DNA from: Vicinamibacterales bacterium
GTDB lineage: Bacteria > Acidobacteriota > Vicinamibacteria > Vicinamibacterales > CAVVIG01
Length of the DNA stretch: 64,000 bases
Direction: 5' to 3'
NCBI GenBank assembly: GCA_965197865.1
Contig: CBDANZ010000005.1
Span: forward strand, 846,028 to 910,027
How positions within the stretch are numbered: position 1 is the stretch's first letter; the number at the start of each line of letters is the position of its first letter. Positions 28,850 through 41,643 of this stretch are shown here, piece after piece. A program made the translations under genes and the position numbers. The notes under the pieces are model-generated. The model saw only the letters and a program-made list of their open reading frames with translations, was not told the DNA's origin and made no database searches.

Positions 28850-28855
28850 ACAGCG

Positions 28856-29995
28856 ATGAGCGTCACAATCAGACCATATCGAACTGGCGGATGGGAAGTG
28901 GACATTCACGTGATCCTTCCGAACGGTACGCGCGCACGAAGCCGGACACGGAAACGCACGTCGAAGTCCGCGGCACTCCGCTGGGGGCTGTCCCGCGAGC
29001 GTGCCTGGCTCGTGGATCGACTCCCAAAATCCAGGAAGGAGGTGCCAACACCCGAGACAGTGGTGCCAACACTCGCAGGGTTCGCTGAGCGGTTCGTGGA
29101 CGGCTACGCGCGGGCGAACCGCGAGAAGCCCAGCAGCATCGCCGCCAAGGAGATGATCCTGCGTGTCCACCTGGTTCCTCGCCTGGGGGCGCGACGACTG
29201 GATGCCATCCGGAGCGAAGACGTGCAGCGACTGAAGCAGGGACTCGGGTCGAAGGCCGTCAAGACGGTCAACAATGTCCTCACGGTGCTCAACGTGCTCC
29301 TGAAGACCGCGGTGGAGTGGCAGGTCATCAGCCAGATGCCCTGTACGATCCGATTGCTGCCTGTGCCGAAGTCATCATCAACCACCTACCACGACTTTGG
29401 TGACTATGGGCGCCTGGTGAAACAGGCGCAGGCGGCAGATGCGCGAACCTATATCGCGGTTCTGCTCGGCGGCGAGGCGGGATTACGGTGCGGGGAGATG
29501 CTGGCGCTGGAATGGCCGGATGTGGATCTCCCCAAACGACAGCTGTGTGTGCAGCGATCCGATTGGAACGGCCATATCACGGCACCGAAGAATGGGCGGT
29601 TGCGATACATCCCGCTCACCGTCCGACTCGCAACGGCACTCCGTGCGCATCGACACCTGCGCGGACCGCTGGTTCTATGCCAGGAGGACGGGAGCCCGCT
29701 GACGCGACAGATGGTCCAGAGTTGGATTGGTCGCGTGGCGCGGCGTGCCGGCCTGTCGCACCTCGGCGTACACATCCTGCGCCACACGTTTTGCTCCCAT
29801 CTGGCGATGCGGGGTGCCCCCGTCCGGGCCATTCAAGAACTGGCCGGACACGCCGACCTCTCGATGACCCAGCGGTATACGCATCTAAGTCCGGCCGCGA
29901 TTGAGGGGGCCATCCGGCTGCTGGATGGAGCCAAACACGATCCAGTAGGTGGAGAGATAGCGGAGACGGAGAATAGCGAATCGTTAAGTTCTTAA
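28856..29995 (+). CDS. int: Tyrosine integrase
   Basis: GLRCGE, HILRH, LAGH, QRYTH catalytic motifs; ends 16 bp from the tRNA 3' end. Confidence 0.95.
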   Translation: MSVTIRPYRTGGWEVDIHVILPNGTRARSRTRKRTSKSAALRWGLSRERAWLVDRLPKSRKEVPTPETVVPTLAGFAERFVDGYARANREKPSSIAAKEMILRVHLVPRLGARRLDAIRSEDVQRLKQGLGSKAVKTVNNVLTVLNVLLKTAVEWQVISQMPCTIRLLPVPKSSSTTYHDFGDYGRLVKQAQAADARTYIAVLLGGEAGLRCGEMLALEWPDVDLPKRQLCVQRSDWNGHITAPKNGRLRYIPLTVRLATALRAHRHLRGPLVLCQEDGSPLTRQMVQSWIGRVARRAGLSHLGVHILRHTFCSHLAMRGAPVRAIQELAGHADLSMTQRYTHLSPAAIEGAIRLLDGAKHDPVGGEIAETENSESLSS

Positions 29996-30011
29996 TGTAG
30001 AACAAGTTAAG

Positions 30012-30106
30012 TGGCGGTGAGGCAGGGATTCGAACCCTGGGTACAGGTTTTAGCCCGTACAACGGTTTAGCAAACCGCCGCCTTCAGCCTCTCGGCCACC
30101 TCACCG
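30012..30106 (-). tRNA. tRNA-Ser(GCT)
   Basis: Cloverleaf with a long variable arm, anticodon GCT (30069-30071), GGTTCGAATCC T-arm, encoded CCA. Confidence 0.96.
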
Positions 30107-30429
30107 TATCGAAATTGCTAGAGCCGCTTTCACAACCGGCCCGGGTCCTGCCCGCGGCCAGCCCACGGATGCTCAGGCCGAAACATGACCACGGCTGACG
30201 GCCTTGCGCGCCCGTTGGCGGCCCGGCCTCGGCCACCCGCAGGGTTATGAAACCGAAATTCTGCGAGTGTCAGCCGAACTGTTCAGCCTTGGACGGCGGA
30301 CTATACCCAAACTGTGCCCAAGCCGGACCGACGCTCGCATAGGACTCCGTCGCAGGCAACATTATAGCCTCTCGTCCACCCCCTTCGGGGCATCGAGCGT
30401 GCCCATCGCGGTGTGCTGTATCCCTTCGT

Positions 30430-30990
30430 TCGATTCACTGGCACGGCATTCTCCTTGCGGCAAACATGGACGGGGTCCCGGGACTCAGTTTCAGCGGGAT
30501 TGGTCCAGGTGAAACTTATGTGTATCGATTCCAGGGCAGACAGGGCGGCACGCACTGGTACCACAGCTACTCCGCCTTTCGGGAGCAGCTCGGTCTGTAC
30601 GGACCGCTGATCATCGAGCCTCGGGAGCCCGGGCCGTTCCGCTACGACCACGAGCGCATGTGGTGATGCTCACCGACTGGACAGACGAGAAACCGGAGTG
30701 GGTCTTCGAAGAACTGAAGAAGCAGTCCGACTCGTACAACTTTCACCAGCGGACGGTCGGCGACTTCCTGCGCGATGTTCGAAATCGCGAACTGAGCCGC
30801 ACGATCGCCGACAAGAAGGCGTGGGGCGAGATGCGTACGAACGCAACCGATCTCGCCGACGTCCCCGGCTACACGTATCTGATGAACGGTGCCGCGCTGG
30901 CCGGCAACTGGACGGGACTCTTCCGGCCTGGCGAGCGCGTCCGGCTGCGTTTCATCAACGGCTCCGCGATAACCTACTTCGACGTCCGCA
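30430..30990 (+). pseudogene. Copper-resistance multicopper oxidase (CopA-like) internal fragment, frameshifted
   Basis: IHWHG, MDGVPG, HWYHS, GLYGPLII, RLRFINGSA. Confidence 0.85.
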
Positions 30991-31044
30991 TGTCTTCGTC
31001 TTGGGCAACTCCTCAATCAGATCGAACTTGGCTGCCATGCCGCC

Positions 31045-31217
31045 GTGCCGCAGCCCACCGTGCACCGTTGGCTGACCCTTCTCGAGACGTCCTATCAACT
31101 CGTACGCTTGCCGTCCTATGCTGTCAATCGTACGAAACGGATCATCAAGAGACCCCGAAGGTCTATTGGGCCGATACCGGACTCGCGCTCCATTTGGCGG
31201 GCGGCGGCGAGCCGTGA
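31045..31217 (+). pseudogene. AAA ATPase/DUF4143-type fragment
   Basis: TVHRWLTLLETSY...KVYWADTGLA across a frameshift. Confidence 0.6.
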
Positions 31218-31718
31218 TCCCGAAGCGCACCGCCTCGTAGGACGAAATCGACCTCCTCGCTGGTGGCCGTCGCTGCCCGTCAGCACGCCCTTCGCGTAGC
31301 TCGCGCGAGCACCGTCGCGTGGAGACCGGCGGCAGCAACTGGCTGCGTGTGTGCCCTGAGCTGCCGATGGTCAGCAGCAGACAATCGGTAAGGAATCAGA
31401 TGCGGCATCCCGGATGCAGACTCGATCCCCGATGTGACATCTGGGTCCGAACGGCTTCCATGGTCGGTGGTTCCGGCTGCCGCTTGACCCCCTGTTGGTT
31501 CCAGGCCCACGTGCACGCTTGTTTGAAGTCGAAGGCCTTGTCGAAGCTGGTGCGGACCTTGACCGCGGCGGCCGGCTGGGCAGCGGCCGCAACTCCGACG
31601 GCGATCGCAAGGGCGATCAGTCTAGGTTCCGGACGATTGGCGACACGTTCATGCGGCGCTCGCGCATGGCCCCTTACTTCTCGATTCTCACATCGCTCAA
31701 CCGAACGGGTTCGATCGG

Positions 31719-32081
31719 CTAGCGGCGACGGCGGCTGCCCTTACGGGCCGCCTTGCGCGTCCGCTTGCGAGCTCCAGCCTTCTTCTTCGCAGTCTTGCGA
31801 GCTCCAGCCTTCTTCTTCGCAGTCTTGCGAGCTCCAGCCTTCTTCTTCGCAGTCTTGCGAGCTCCGCGGCGTTTCGCCGCCCGCTTCTGCACGCCGGCCG
31901 CCTTGCGTGGCCGCGACGATGCCCTGGCGCGCCCGCCGCCGGCCCGACCGAGAGACTGGCCGCCTCCAAGATCGAGCCCCGCATCGGTTTCGGGGCTCGT
32001 ATCGATATCCAACAGATCTGCGCTGTCGGTCACCTCGTCGTCTGGCAATCCCATCCCGCCGTCATCGAAATCATCTTTCAT
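31719..32081 (-). CDS. Histone H1-like protein (acidic N-terminus, Lys/Arg-rich repeat C-terminus)
   Basis: ARKTAKKKAG x3; D/E-rich first third. Confidence 0.7.
   Translation of the reverse strand: MKDDFDDGGMGLPDDEVTDSADLLDIDTSPETDAGLDLGGGQSLGRAGGGRARASSRPRKAAGVQKRAAKRRGARKTAKKKAGARKTAKKKAGARKTAKKKAGARKRTRKAARKGSRRRR
31764..31865. repeat. 30-bp perfect tandem repeat x3.4
   Basis: Unit cttgcgagctccagccttcttcttcgcagt. Confidence 0.97.
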
Positions 32082-32228
32082 GAGGCGCCTCGTTTCGGGG
32101 CTGCGGCCCCGGCGGTAAGCGGACCGAACCTGGTCCGTGTGCACTACGAAACCCGTGGCTACGGGCGCCTAGTCTGCCCCGCCTCCGCAATGCCTGTCAA
32201 CGAGCACCGCTTCGGCAAGGCGAGCCCT

Positions 32229-33638
32229 CTACTTGCGAGCATAAAGATCGATGATTGCTTCGATGGCACGGCGACAAACCGCGCAAAACGGTACCTGGTT
32301 TCGGCTGAACATGATGCAGTCGGCCGCGGGCCTGAAGTAGCCGCGCGCCTCGTAGTTGGCGCCCTCGAACGCGCCCACCGTGCCTGCGTGCGGGCCGGTG
32401 CCGAGTAGCGCAATGTCGTGCGCCATCTGCTCGCGGAAGAGCGCATCCATCTCCGCTTCGGGTCGGTCCTCGGCGCGAATCAGACGGCGGCGTTCCTGAA
32501 TGCGTGTCGAATACTTTTCGTGCTCCGCCTTTGGCCAAGGCGTCGGCAACGGCGTGTCGGTAGTCACGAGATCCTTCCACTTCAGCGCCGTCGGATCGAG
32601 GAGCGCCGTGACGTTCGGTTCCCACGGCTCGACGCGATCGGTGGCCGGTAAGTAGGCCACGTCCAACGTGTAGTACTCGTCGGCAAGCGCCGCCAGGTGG
32701 TGGCCGAACTCGTGCACGAAGACGTACGGCGCCCACACGCTGTTGGCCGCAACAGTACCGTAGAGGCCGTAGATTCCGCCGCCGCCGTACGTCGCGCTGT
32801 TGGTGAGGATCTCGACGACCTCGTACGGCGCGTTGGAAGCGATATCGCGAAACGCCTTGTTCTCGAAGGTGAGGATGTAGCGCTCGGAATCGAACGCGTC
32901 GTAGGTGGCGCCGATCGGGGATCGCCGGAAGATGTGCTGTGACGGCCGCGAGATACCCGACTGCGCGGCGGCTGGCGAGAGACCCCACACGTTGATGTCG
33001 CGCTGCCGCTCTTTGAACGGCATCGTCTCCAGCAAAATGCGCGTCAGCCGCCTCGCGTCGCGCTCGAACTTCCCGCGCTCAGCGGCGGTGTAGCCGTCTC
33101 CGAGAATCAGCAGATCCAGCTTCTCCAGAGGATCGCCGGCCTCGTGAATCTTGATGAGTGGCCCAACGGCAGGTGCGGGGAGCGCCGGCAGACCCCGTGC
33201 GATGAACTTGTCGGCCGGGTCGATGATGAAGGTCCAGATGTCCTGAAAGACATTCTTTGCGTCGCGTTTCTTCACGACGACGCGCGCCGGCTTCCCAACG
33301 GCTGGAAACCGCAGCGATTCGGAAAACGTCCGGTTCATCAGCTTTGCCTCGGCGGTCGTCTCCCATTCGCCGTAGATCGAGTTGAAGCCACGTGAGTAGA
33401 TGGCGCGTCCGTTGTCTTGGTCGAGGATTTCGAAGAAATACTTGCCGTTGTTGGTGGTGTCGAGCGGTCGCGCAGGGTTGCCGGCCCACGGGAGCGGCTC
33501 GATCAGAATCCGATCGAGGCTGAACCACTCTTCCTTGTCGTTGCCCGTGTGGTAGTAGTCGACCCTCATCGTCTCCTGCGCGGCCCCCGCCCGAGCCGCG
33601 GCCAGAAACAGCACCAGAACCAGCATGAGTCGTTTCAT
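32229..33638 (-). CDS. Peptidase M64 (IgA peptidase family)
   Basis: Signal peptide, LLILGDGYT, HEFGH, FEGANY, CIM...FCAVC. Confidence 0.9.
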   Translation of the reverse strand: MKRLMLVLVLFLAAARAGAAQETMRVDYYHTGNDKEEWFSLDRILIEPLPWAGNPARPLDTTNNGKYFFEILDQDNGRAIYSRGFNSIYGEWETTAEAKLMNRTFSESLRFPAVGKPARVVVKKRDAKNVFQDIWTFIIDPADKFIARGLPALPAPAVGPLIKIHEAGDPLEKLDLLILGDGYTAAERGKFERDARRLTRILLETMPFKERQRDINVWGLSPAAAQSGISRPSQHIFRRSPIGATYDAFDSERYILTFENKAFRDIASNAPYEVVEILTNSATYGGGGIYGLYGTVAANSVWAPYVFVHEFGHHLAALADEYYTLDVAYLPATDRVEPWEPNVTALLDPTALKWKDLVTTDTPLPTPWPKAEHEKYSTRIQERRRLIRAEDRPEAEMDALFREQMAHDIALLGTGPHAGTVGAFEGANYEARGYFRPAADCIMFSRNQVPFCAVCRRAIEAIIDLYARK

Positions 33639-33916
33639 GATCGAGCTCCCGTTTGGTAAAGAACCATAACACGGGGTCCTGAACCAGCCGATACGCTCCA
33701 TTAGAACCGGCCCGCAGGGCAGGAACTGGCCACGTGGCGCTCAACCACGACCTCGAAATCCTGAGCCCCCTGCCCAGATGCCAAAGAAGGCAGGGCAGTG
33801 ATGATCACGAGAGGCATAGTGAACAACGTACGGAGCGTTCGCATTGAAACCTCCATCGAAGAATCAAGAGGGAGACGACCGAACCTCGAGAACGGCCATG
33901 TCACGCGCGAACGCCG

Positions 33917-34240
33917 TTGCTGCGCGCGCACCCGCTGCTCAGCGGAGGCGTGATCTTAGGACCAGTCTTTGGGCGCCGGACCACCTATCTCAATGTGGGA
34001 ACCGAGCGGTGGCTCGAACGGCCGTCGTTCGTCAGGCTCGGGGTGGCTGCATTCCTCGACGTCGCGCACGCGTCTGGCGGATTCACCGGGGCTGCGCGCG
34101 AGCCGATCTATGCGTACGTTGGCACCGGCCTGAGACTTCGCCTGCCGGGCAGCGAGGGCACGCTCCGCGTCGATTACGGCCGCGGCCTCCGCGACCGAGG
34201 CGCTGCGTTCACTATTGGAGTAGTCACGCAATTACCGTAG
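33917..34240 (+). pseudogene. Outer-membrane beta-barrel C-terminal fragment
   Basis: Alternating beta strands GTGLRLRL, LRVDYGRGL; no N-terminus. Confidence 0.45.
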
Positions 34241-34267
34241 GGGCAGCGCGGGCCTTCTAGGCCCGCG

Positions 34268-35125
34268 CTACTCGACGTTGTTCAGGCCCTCCGTGAGCTC
34301 GATGTAAGTTCCCCACGGGTCGGTGAGAAAGGCGATCGCAATCCCGAGCGACGGGACTTTCGAATACGGTCGATCCAGCTTGAGGCCCTGGCTCTCGAGC
34401 CGCTGGCAGAATTTCTCCAGATCTCTCACTTCGAATCCGATGTGATCGAGGGCGCGGCCGCGCGTGCCGACCACGGGCGCCGGCGCGGGCGAGTAGGTGA
34501 GGTTCACGCCAGGAAGATCAGCCGCCTGAAACGACCCGCGCATGCCAGGTTTGGCCCCAAACGTTTTCACGTACCATGCTCTCATCGCTTCCACGTCTGG
34601 CGCCGCAAAGTGGATGTGGTGCAGACTGATCGACTCGCTCATCGCCTTGTTCTCGACGATCTCCACTTTCGTCTTGTCCGGTCCCATCGTGAAGGCAACG
34701 TAGGTGTTCTGATCCGGAAGGAATCCGAGATCGTCTTTCACCTCGTATCGGGCGGGCAGCTCGGCGCGCGTGACAATCGGATAGCCAGCGGCCTTCACTT
34801 TGTCGACCATCGCGCGGGCGTTCGGCACCAGGAACCCGACGTGGTTGACGGTCGTCCCCTTTGTGCCGCCGCTAGGCGCGCGCGCGGTAAGAAACACAAG
34901 GACGTTCGGGAACTTCACGATCTCGGCCGGCGAGGTCCGAACCTTCACCGCTGTGCCGCCGAGCGTGTCGACCCAGAACTTCTTGTGTGGGTCAATGCTC
35001 GTGGCCATGACGTGATGATGACCGTACACGACTGGACCGTCTTTGGCGGCGGTGAGCTGGGCCGCGGCGGGGGGCGGGCACACCAAGGCGAGGAGCGAGA
35101 CGACAGAAACGAACGTGATCTTCAT
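34268..35125 (-). CDS. VOC/glyoxalase-family protein
   Basis: HHHV, NHVGF, HHIHF, DHIGFEV, TDPWGTYIELTE. Confidence 0.9.
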   Translation of the reverse strand: MKITFVSVVSLLALVCPPPAAAQLTAAKDGPVVYGHHHVMATSIDPHKKFWVDTLGGTAVKVRTSPAEIVKFPNVLVFLTARAPSGGTKGTTVNHVGFLVPNARAMVDKVKAAGYPIVTRAELPARYEVKDDLGFLPDQNTYVAFTMGPDKTKVEIVENKAMSESISLHHIHFAAPDVEAMRAWYVKTFGAKPGMRGSFQAADLPGVNLTYSPAPAPVVGTRGRALDHIGFEVRDLEKFCQRLESQGLKLDRPYSKVPSLGIAIAFLTDPWGTYIELTEGLNNVE

Positions 35126-35249
35126 GGCCCCTCCCACGGGAAGGGCCATTTTACGTCACGCAAGCCTGGCCTGGTGGTCATGTCGTGGGCCATTTCTGGC
35201 ACGCTCGTCATCTCACGCTGTTGTCAGCCAGCGGAGGCCACCGACAGGC

Positions 35250-35442
35250 AAGATCATGTGTGGATCATCCAACCGTCTCGCTACAGCCCAGCCGAGAAGA
35301 GAGCCAGGCTGCGTCGGCAGTGATAGAATTCGACGCGAACTGGAACTACATCCAGGGATGGGGCGGATTTGCCGACGCGTACGACTGGCCCGATGAGGAG
35401 CACGGGATTTGGGTCGACGACAAGGACTTCGGCTGGCGGTGA
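35250..35442 (+). pseudogene. NHL-repeat protein fragment
   Basis: DHVWI, VIEFD...QGWGG...WP..EHGIWVD. Confidence 0.5.
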
Positions 35443-35457
35443 TCGACACAGAGGCCC

Positions 35458-35913
35458 TTGTCTGCCGCAACTCGACACCGCCCATGCGGCCGCCAAGGAG
35501 CGGTGCAAAGGGGGAGTAAGCTCGCGTGGTTGGGACGGTTCGAGCCGCAGGTTTACGCCATCATGAGGATGGTGTTCAGCTTTCTCTTCCTGTTCCACGG
35601 GCTTCAAAAGGTATTTGGCCTCCTCGGAGGCCGCATGGCCGATGTCGCGACGCTTCGAGGTGTCGCCGGGTACATCGAAGTCATCGGCGGCCCGCTCATC
35701 ATGTTCGGGCTCTACACGGTGCCCACTGCGTTCATCTGCAGCGGCGAGATGGCGGTCGCCTACTTTTACTCGCATCAGCCGCGGGGGTTCTGGCCGATTC
35801 AGAATCCCGGCGAGACTGCCGTGACGAACTGTTTCGCGTTCCTCTACATTGCTGCTCGCGGAGCGGGGATGTGGAGCCTCGATTCCGCCAGGCTGGCGAG
35901 AAAGGGCAAGTAA
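35458..35913 (+). CDS. DoxX-family membrane protein (start uncertain)
   Basis: HGLQKVFG, AFICSGEMAVAYF, GAGMWSLD. Confidence 0.88.
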   Translation: MSAATRHRPCGRQGAVQRGSKLAWLGRFEPQVYAIMRMVFSFLFLFHGLQKVFGLLGGRMADVATLRGVAGYIEVIGGPLIMFGLYTVPTAFICSGEMAVAYFYSHQPRGFWPIQNPGETAVTNCFAFLYIAARGAGMWSLDSARLARKGK

Positions 35914-36301
35914 TTCAGCGCACCTTTGGCGTTCGCTGGTTCGTAGCCGTCGTCTGCATCCTGCCCGTCATGGCGGGCGCGCAGTCTCCAGCATGTCTTG
36001 CTGCACTGACACCACGGACTGTAGGACAGCAAGTACCAGAGCTGCGTGCCAGTCACTCAATGCGCTCGCGGATGCCGTCGATGTGGTGGTGTACGACAAA
36101 TTTCAAGGGGATACACCTGGACCCCTGAGGTGCGCAGCCGGCAGCTCGTTTTCAAGATGACTTATCTACTGTCGCCATAGCCGCTCGAGGGCGTTTCGGT
36201 CGCGGCTGTCGGAGGTACAAAGCCGCCAGCTGCTCGTGAAGGAGACGCATTTGCTGTTGCGTTAGACGTTAACCCCGTGCGTTCCACAAGGAGCTAAGTC
36301 A

Positions 36302-36895
36302 ATGTCTCATGCCTCTTCCAGACTACCGCGCCCGAACCGGTGGCTCGTTCATCTCCTACTCTTCGGAATCCTAGCGCTTGTCACGCTGCCAACGTCGGCT
36401 TGGGCCGGCCAGAACGTGATGACGAAAGAATCGGCCGCCGCCGTGAAGGTATCGTTCGTCGCCGACCTCGAGAACATGCGGGCCAAGTATCTCGGACTGG
36501 CCGGGGCCTTTCCGCAGGACAAGTACACCTGGCGCCCGATGGAGGGCGTGCGCTCGGTGGCTGAGGTCCTGATGCTCATCGCGAGCGAAGGCTACGGGTT
36601 CGCCCCGACCGCATTCGGCGGAAAGGCGGCTCTGAGTCGGGAGGAGATGGGTAAGCTGACCGGAATTACCGACAAGACACAAGTGATCGACCATCTGACC
36701 AAGGGCTTTGCCTACGCCAAACAGACGCTCGAGGCCATCGACCCGGCTACGCTGGTCGGCCGACGGAAGCTCTTCGGACAGGAGCGCACGACTCCAGATC
36801 TCGCCCTGTTTGTTGGTGGCGACATGCACGAGCATCTCGGCCAGCTCATTGCCTACGCGCGCATGAATCGGATCGTGCCGCCTTGGAGCAAGTAA
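36302..36895 (+). CDS. DinB-family protein, secreted
   Basis: YTWRPMEGVRS, HEHLGQLIAYARMNRIVPPWS. Confidence 0.88.
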   Translation: MSHASSRLPRPNRWLVHLLLFGILALVTLPTSAWAGQNVMTKESAAAVKVSFVADLENMRAKYLGLAGAFPQDKYTWRPMEGVRSVAEVLMLIASEGYGFAPTAFGGKAALSREEMGKLTGITDKTQVIDHLTKGFAYAKQTLEAIDPATLVGRRKLFGQERTTPDLALFVGGDMHEHLGQLIAYARMNRIVPPWSK

Positions 36896-37219
36896 GCGGC
36901 CGTTCGATAACCCCCGGGAGAAATTGGACACGGTGGCTGCTGGCCCGCCGGGGTCGATGTCGAACACGATGTTGTCCAGCCGCGCGTCGTCACCCGACCG
37001 CCCCCGATGCCGGCGGGATGATCGAGATCGAGATTTCTCCGAATGCCGACGGACTGTTTCCGAGCGGGACGTTCCACTAGGCCGATTGCTGGGCTGCGTC
37101 GAACCGTTCGCCAGGCATGCGCAGGGCACGGTTGGAGGTCGCCAACCGCGCGCGAGGAGCGATCGGCCGGAGCAAGAGACGTGTGGCTCGTCCCAGGCGA
37201 ACACCACGGGCGACGGCGC

Positions 37220-39199
<1,980 letters not shown>

Positions 39200-39559
39200 T
39201 GTTCGAGAGAAACTCTACGCTCGCGTTCCAGGCCGCAAACGCGTTTTCCCTTCAGTGCATGCCCAAGGTCGTCGAAGAACTTGGAAATACCTGGGATCTT
39301 CTGGCTTCTTCCAAGAGGTGCATGGAAAGCCGATCTGCTGTCTGCTTTGTCATTTTCTCTCTGCAGAAAGATCGTCGCCTAACGCTTCGCGCTGAGCGTG
39401 GTTAGGCTGCCCTCCTTTTCCAGACAAACGTGGGGCCGGGAGCGGTCACGAAGATATCCGACACGGACACATTTACGTTTACGCGACGCAGTTGCAAACG
39501 ACGGCGAAGCACGGTAGCTCACGAAACTAGATATGACGATACACGATAACATGGCCTAG

Positions 39560-41040
39560 CAGTCTGTGTTTAAACCCTGCGATTCACGCGGCGACGGGTA
39601 GCAGCTCAAAACAATGACGCGGCGACGACCCCGGCGATCGATCAACGAATCTTGGTTCATGGTTCCCCCAGAGAGCGCCGAGGCGCGCCCATACGGCGAT
39701 GAAGACAGCCAAGACGCCTGCGGCGCGGCCCTGCAAGCGCCGTGGCGTGCCGATGCCGAGGCACTGGCGCATCGCGAGCCCCAAGTTGAAGCCGCCGCCA
39801 TGAATCAGTAGACGCTTCAAGATGTTGTCGTGTCCCCGCAAGTGCGTGCGTCGCATCCCGCCGGTCTCATAGAGGTGGGCAAACGATCGCTCGGCGAGTT
39901 CCGCCCGTCGCCGCCGCAAGCGTCGCCCGCGGGCGCCCCGGAGACGGCGGCGATTCCCATGGACGGGCGCGTACGCATCCGGCGCGTCGGACCAATCGCG
40001 CCGGCCACGGTCGGGTTCCGAAATGTACGACCGCAGGCCCACCGCAGCCAGGTCTACCATCGTCTCGTTGCTGTGATAGCCCTTGTCCGCGACGATGTCC
40101 TCCAACCTCCCGCGCGCGTCGGTCGTCGCGTGCGCGGCTTCCACCTGTTCGGCCGCCGTGATCGCCGTCGTGACAAGCGTCCTCGTGTCGCCCTGATCGG
40201 CGCCCTGCACCGTCACCGCGACCAACGCGCCGCTCTCCAGATCGATCGCATGCTCGGCTTTGTGCGCCAAGTGCGTCTGGCCGTCTTTCATTTTCGCGAC
40301 CTTCGCATCAGGATCGCTGGGGCTGGTCCACTCGCTGTTCGAGGTTTTCTTCTTCCGCGTGCGATCAAACCGCGCCAAGACTTCGCGCGTCGGCGTCTTG
40401 ATCCCCGAGGCGGCGGCGAGGCGGGTCAGATACGCCTGGTAGGCTTCCCCCGTGTCCCGGCGCACGATACTCCGCATGGCGGCGTTGGCCTCCAACGTCG
40501 TCGCGTCGATCGCGATCGTCCGGCCCTTCAACAGGCCGGCGGCCGCCAGGCGCTGCTGGACCCACGTGAACACCGCCCGGTGCGTCTCCACATCGATCAC
40601 GCGGCGGGTGCGCGAAATCGTCGAGTGATCCGGGGCCGCCTCCTCCAGCCCGAGTCGCAGGAAGCTCCGCACCGCCAGCGAGTCCGCCGCACGCCATGCG
40701 ATGCCGCGCTCCGAATCGATGCCTTCGAAGTACCCAACCAGCAACAAGCGGAAGTAGCGACCGGGCGCCAGACTCGGGCGGCCCAACACCGGCGCGTAGA
40801 AGGATCGACAGGCGTCTTCCACGAAGGTGTCGAAGCCGTCGGCATCCAGCAACGCATTCAAGCGCGTGTAGAACGGATGCCCAGGCGAGACCGGCAGATC
40901 CGACGCGGCAATCCACAACGGAGGTTGTTCGGGGTCGCGGGTGCCCATGGCCATGCGCCACAGTGTAAGGAGCGGGATCGATCCTGTCGATCCCCTCGCC
41001 AATAACAAGGGGCTGCTCGATCGACTTTCACCACGGGCTG
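39560..41040 (-). mobile_element. IS1182/IS5-like element between CTAG sites; transposase 39584-40954
   Basis: CTAG at 39556 and 41041; GRPS, SERGIAWR, PDHSTISR, IDATTLEANA, ADKGY, ERSFAH motifs. Confidence 0.88.
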
Positions 41041-41044
41041 CTAG

Positions 41045-41202
41045 CAGTCCGTGGTGAAAGTCGGGCGCTGCACCGAGACGAGCGAGGCGCCTCGCGGGCA
41101 AGGCGCGACGACCGAGAATACCGCCTGTATTTGATGGAGGAGCAACGCAGGCCACGAGGATGCATCGCTCGTCGAATGCAGACGGACTTTCACCACGGAC
41201 TG
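41045..41202. mobile_element. MITE-like element, 158 bp, 18-bp perfect terminal IRs, CTAG-flanked
   Basis: cagtccgtggtgaaagtc / gactttcaccacggactg; nearly identical to the adjacent IS end. Confidence 0.85.
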
Positions 41203-41643
41203 CTAGATGGCACTCTCGTGTCCTGACTCGCCGGTGTCAGATCCGGCATGCAAGTCCTCTTCGACGGTGTGGATGTGGTGGGCAGCGAGCCGGCTGGCGA
41301 TCGCATCGCGGTGGCGCGACGATCGGCGATCGAACTAACTCGAGTTCATCGCCGGCGAGTGTCGCGACATGCCAGATGGCAACTTCGACGGGATGGTCAT
41401 TGCGGACGTCATGCGCCATATGCCGTATCCGGAGCACGGGAAAATCATCGAGGATGTGTACCGGAAGTGAGGCCTGGCAGCGTGCTGGTCATTCGCATTG
41501 AAGAGTCGCCCTTCAGGAGATGAAATGAAAAATCAAACAAAATGACGGTATTCTATAAGTGGATTGTTATGCCTGGACAATTGGATGAGCTCAAGGCTAT
41601 TCATAAGTGATGTTCTCAGGCCGTCGTCTTAGTTCGATAAACC

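Larger units (their letters stand above)
1160..30011. mobile_element. Genomic island (integrative element) inserted at tRNA-Ser(GCT)
   Basis: Flanking 27-bp direct repeats, xis+int next to the tRNA, a shared 17-bp motif near both ends, and IS/TA/defence cargo. Confidence 0.88.

Noticed and set aside
31764-31865. Possible CRISPR array
   Set aside because: The repeats are contiguous without spacers, in frame within a Lys-rich ORF, and no cas genes are present.
40955-41155. N-terminal extension of the 523-aa transposase ORF
   Set aside because: It reads through the MITE and IS end; family homology begins near ATG 40954.
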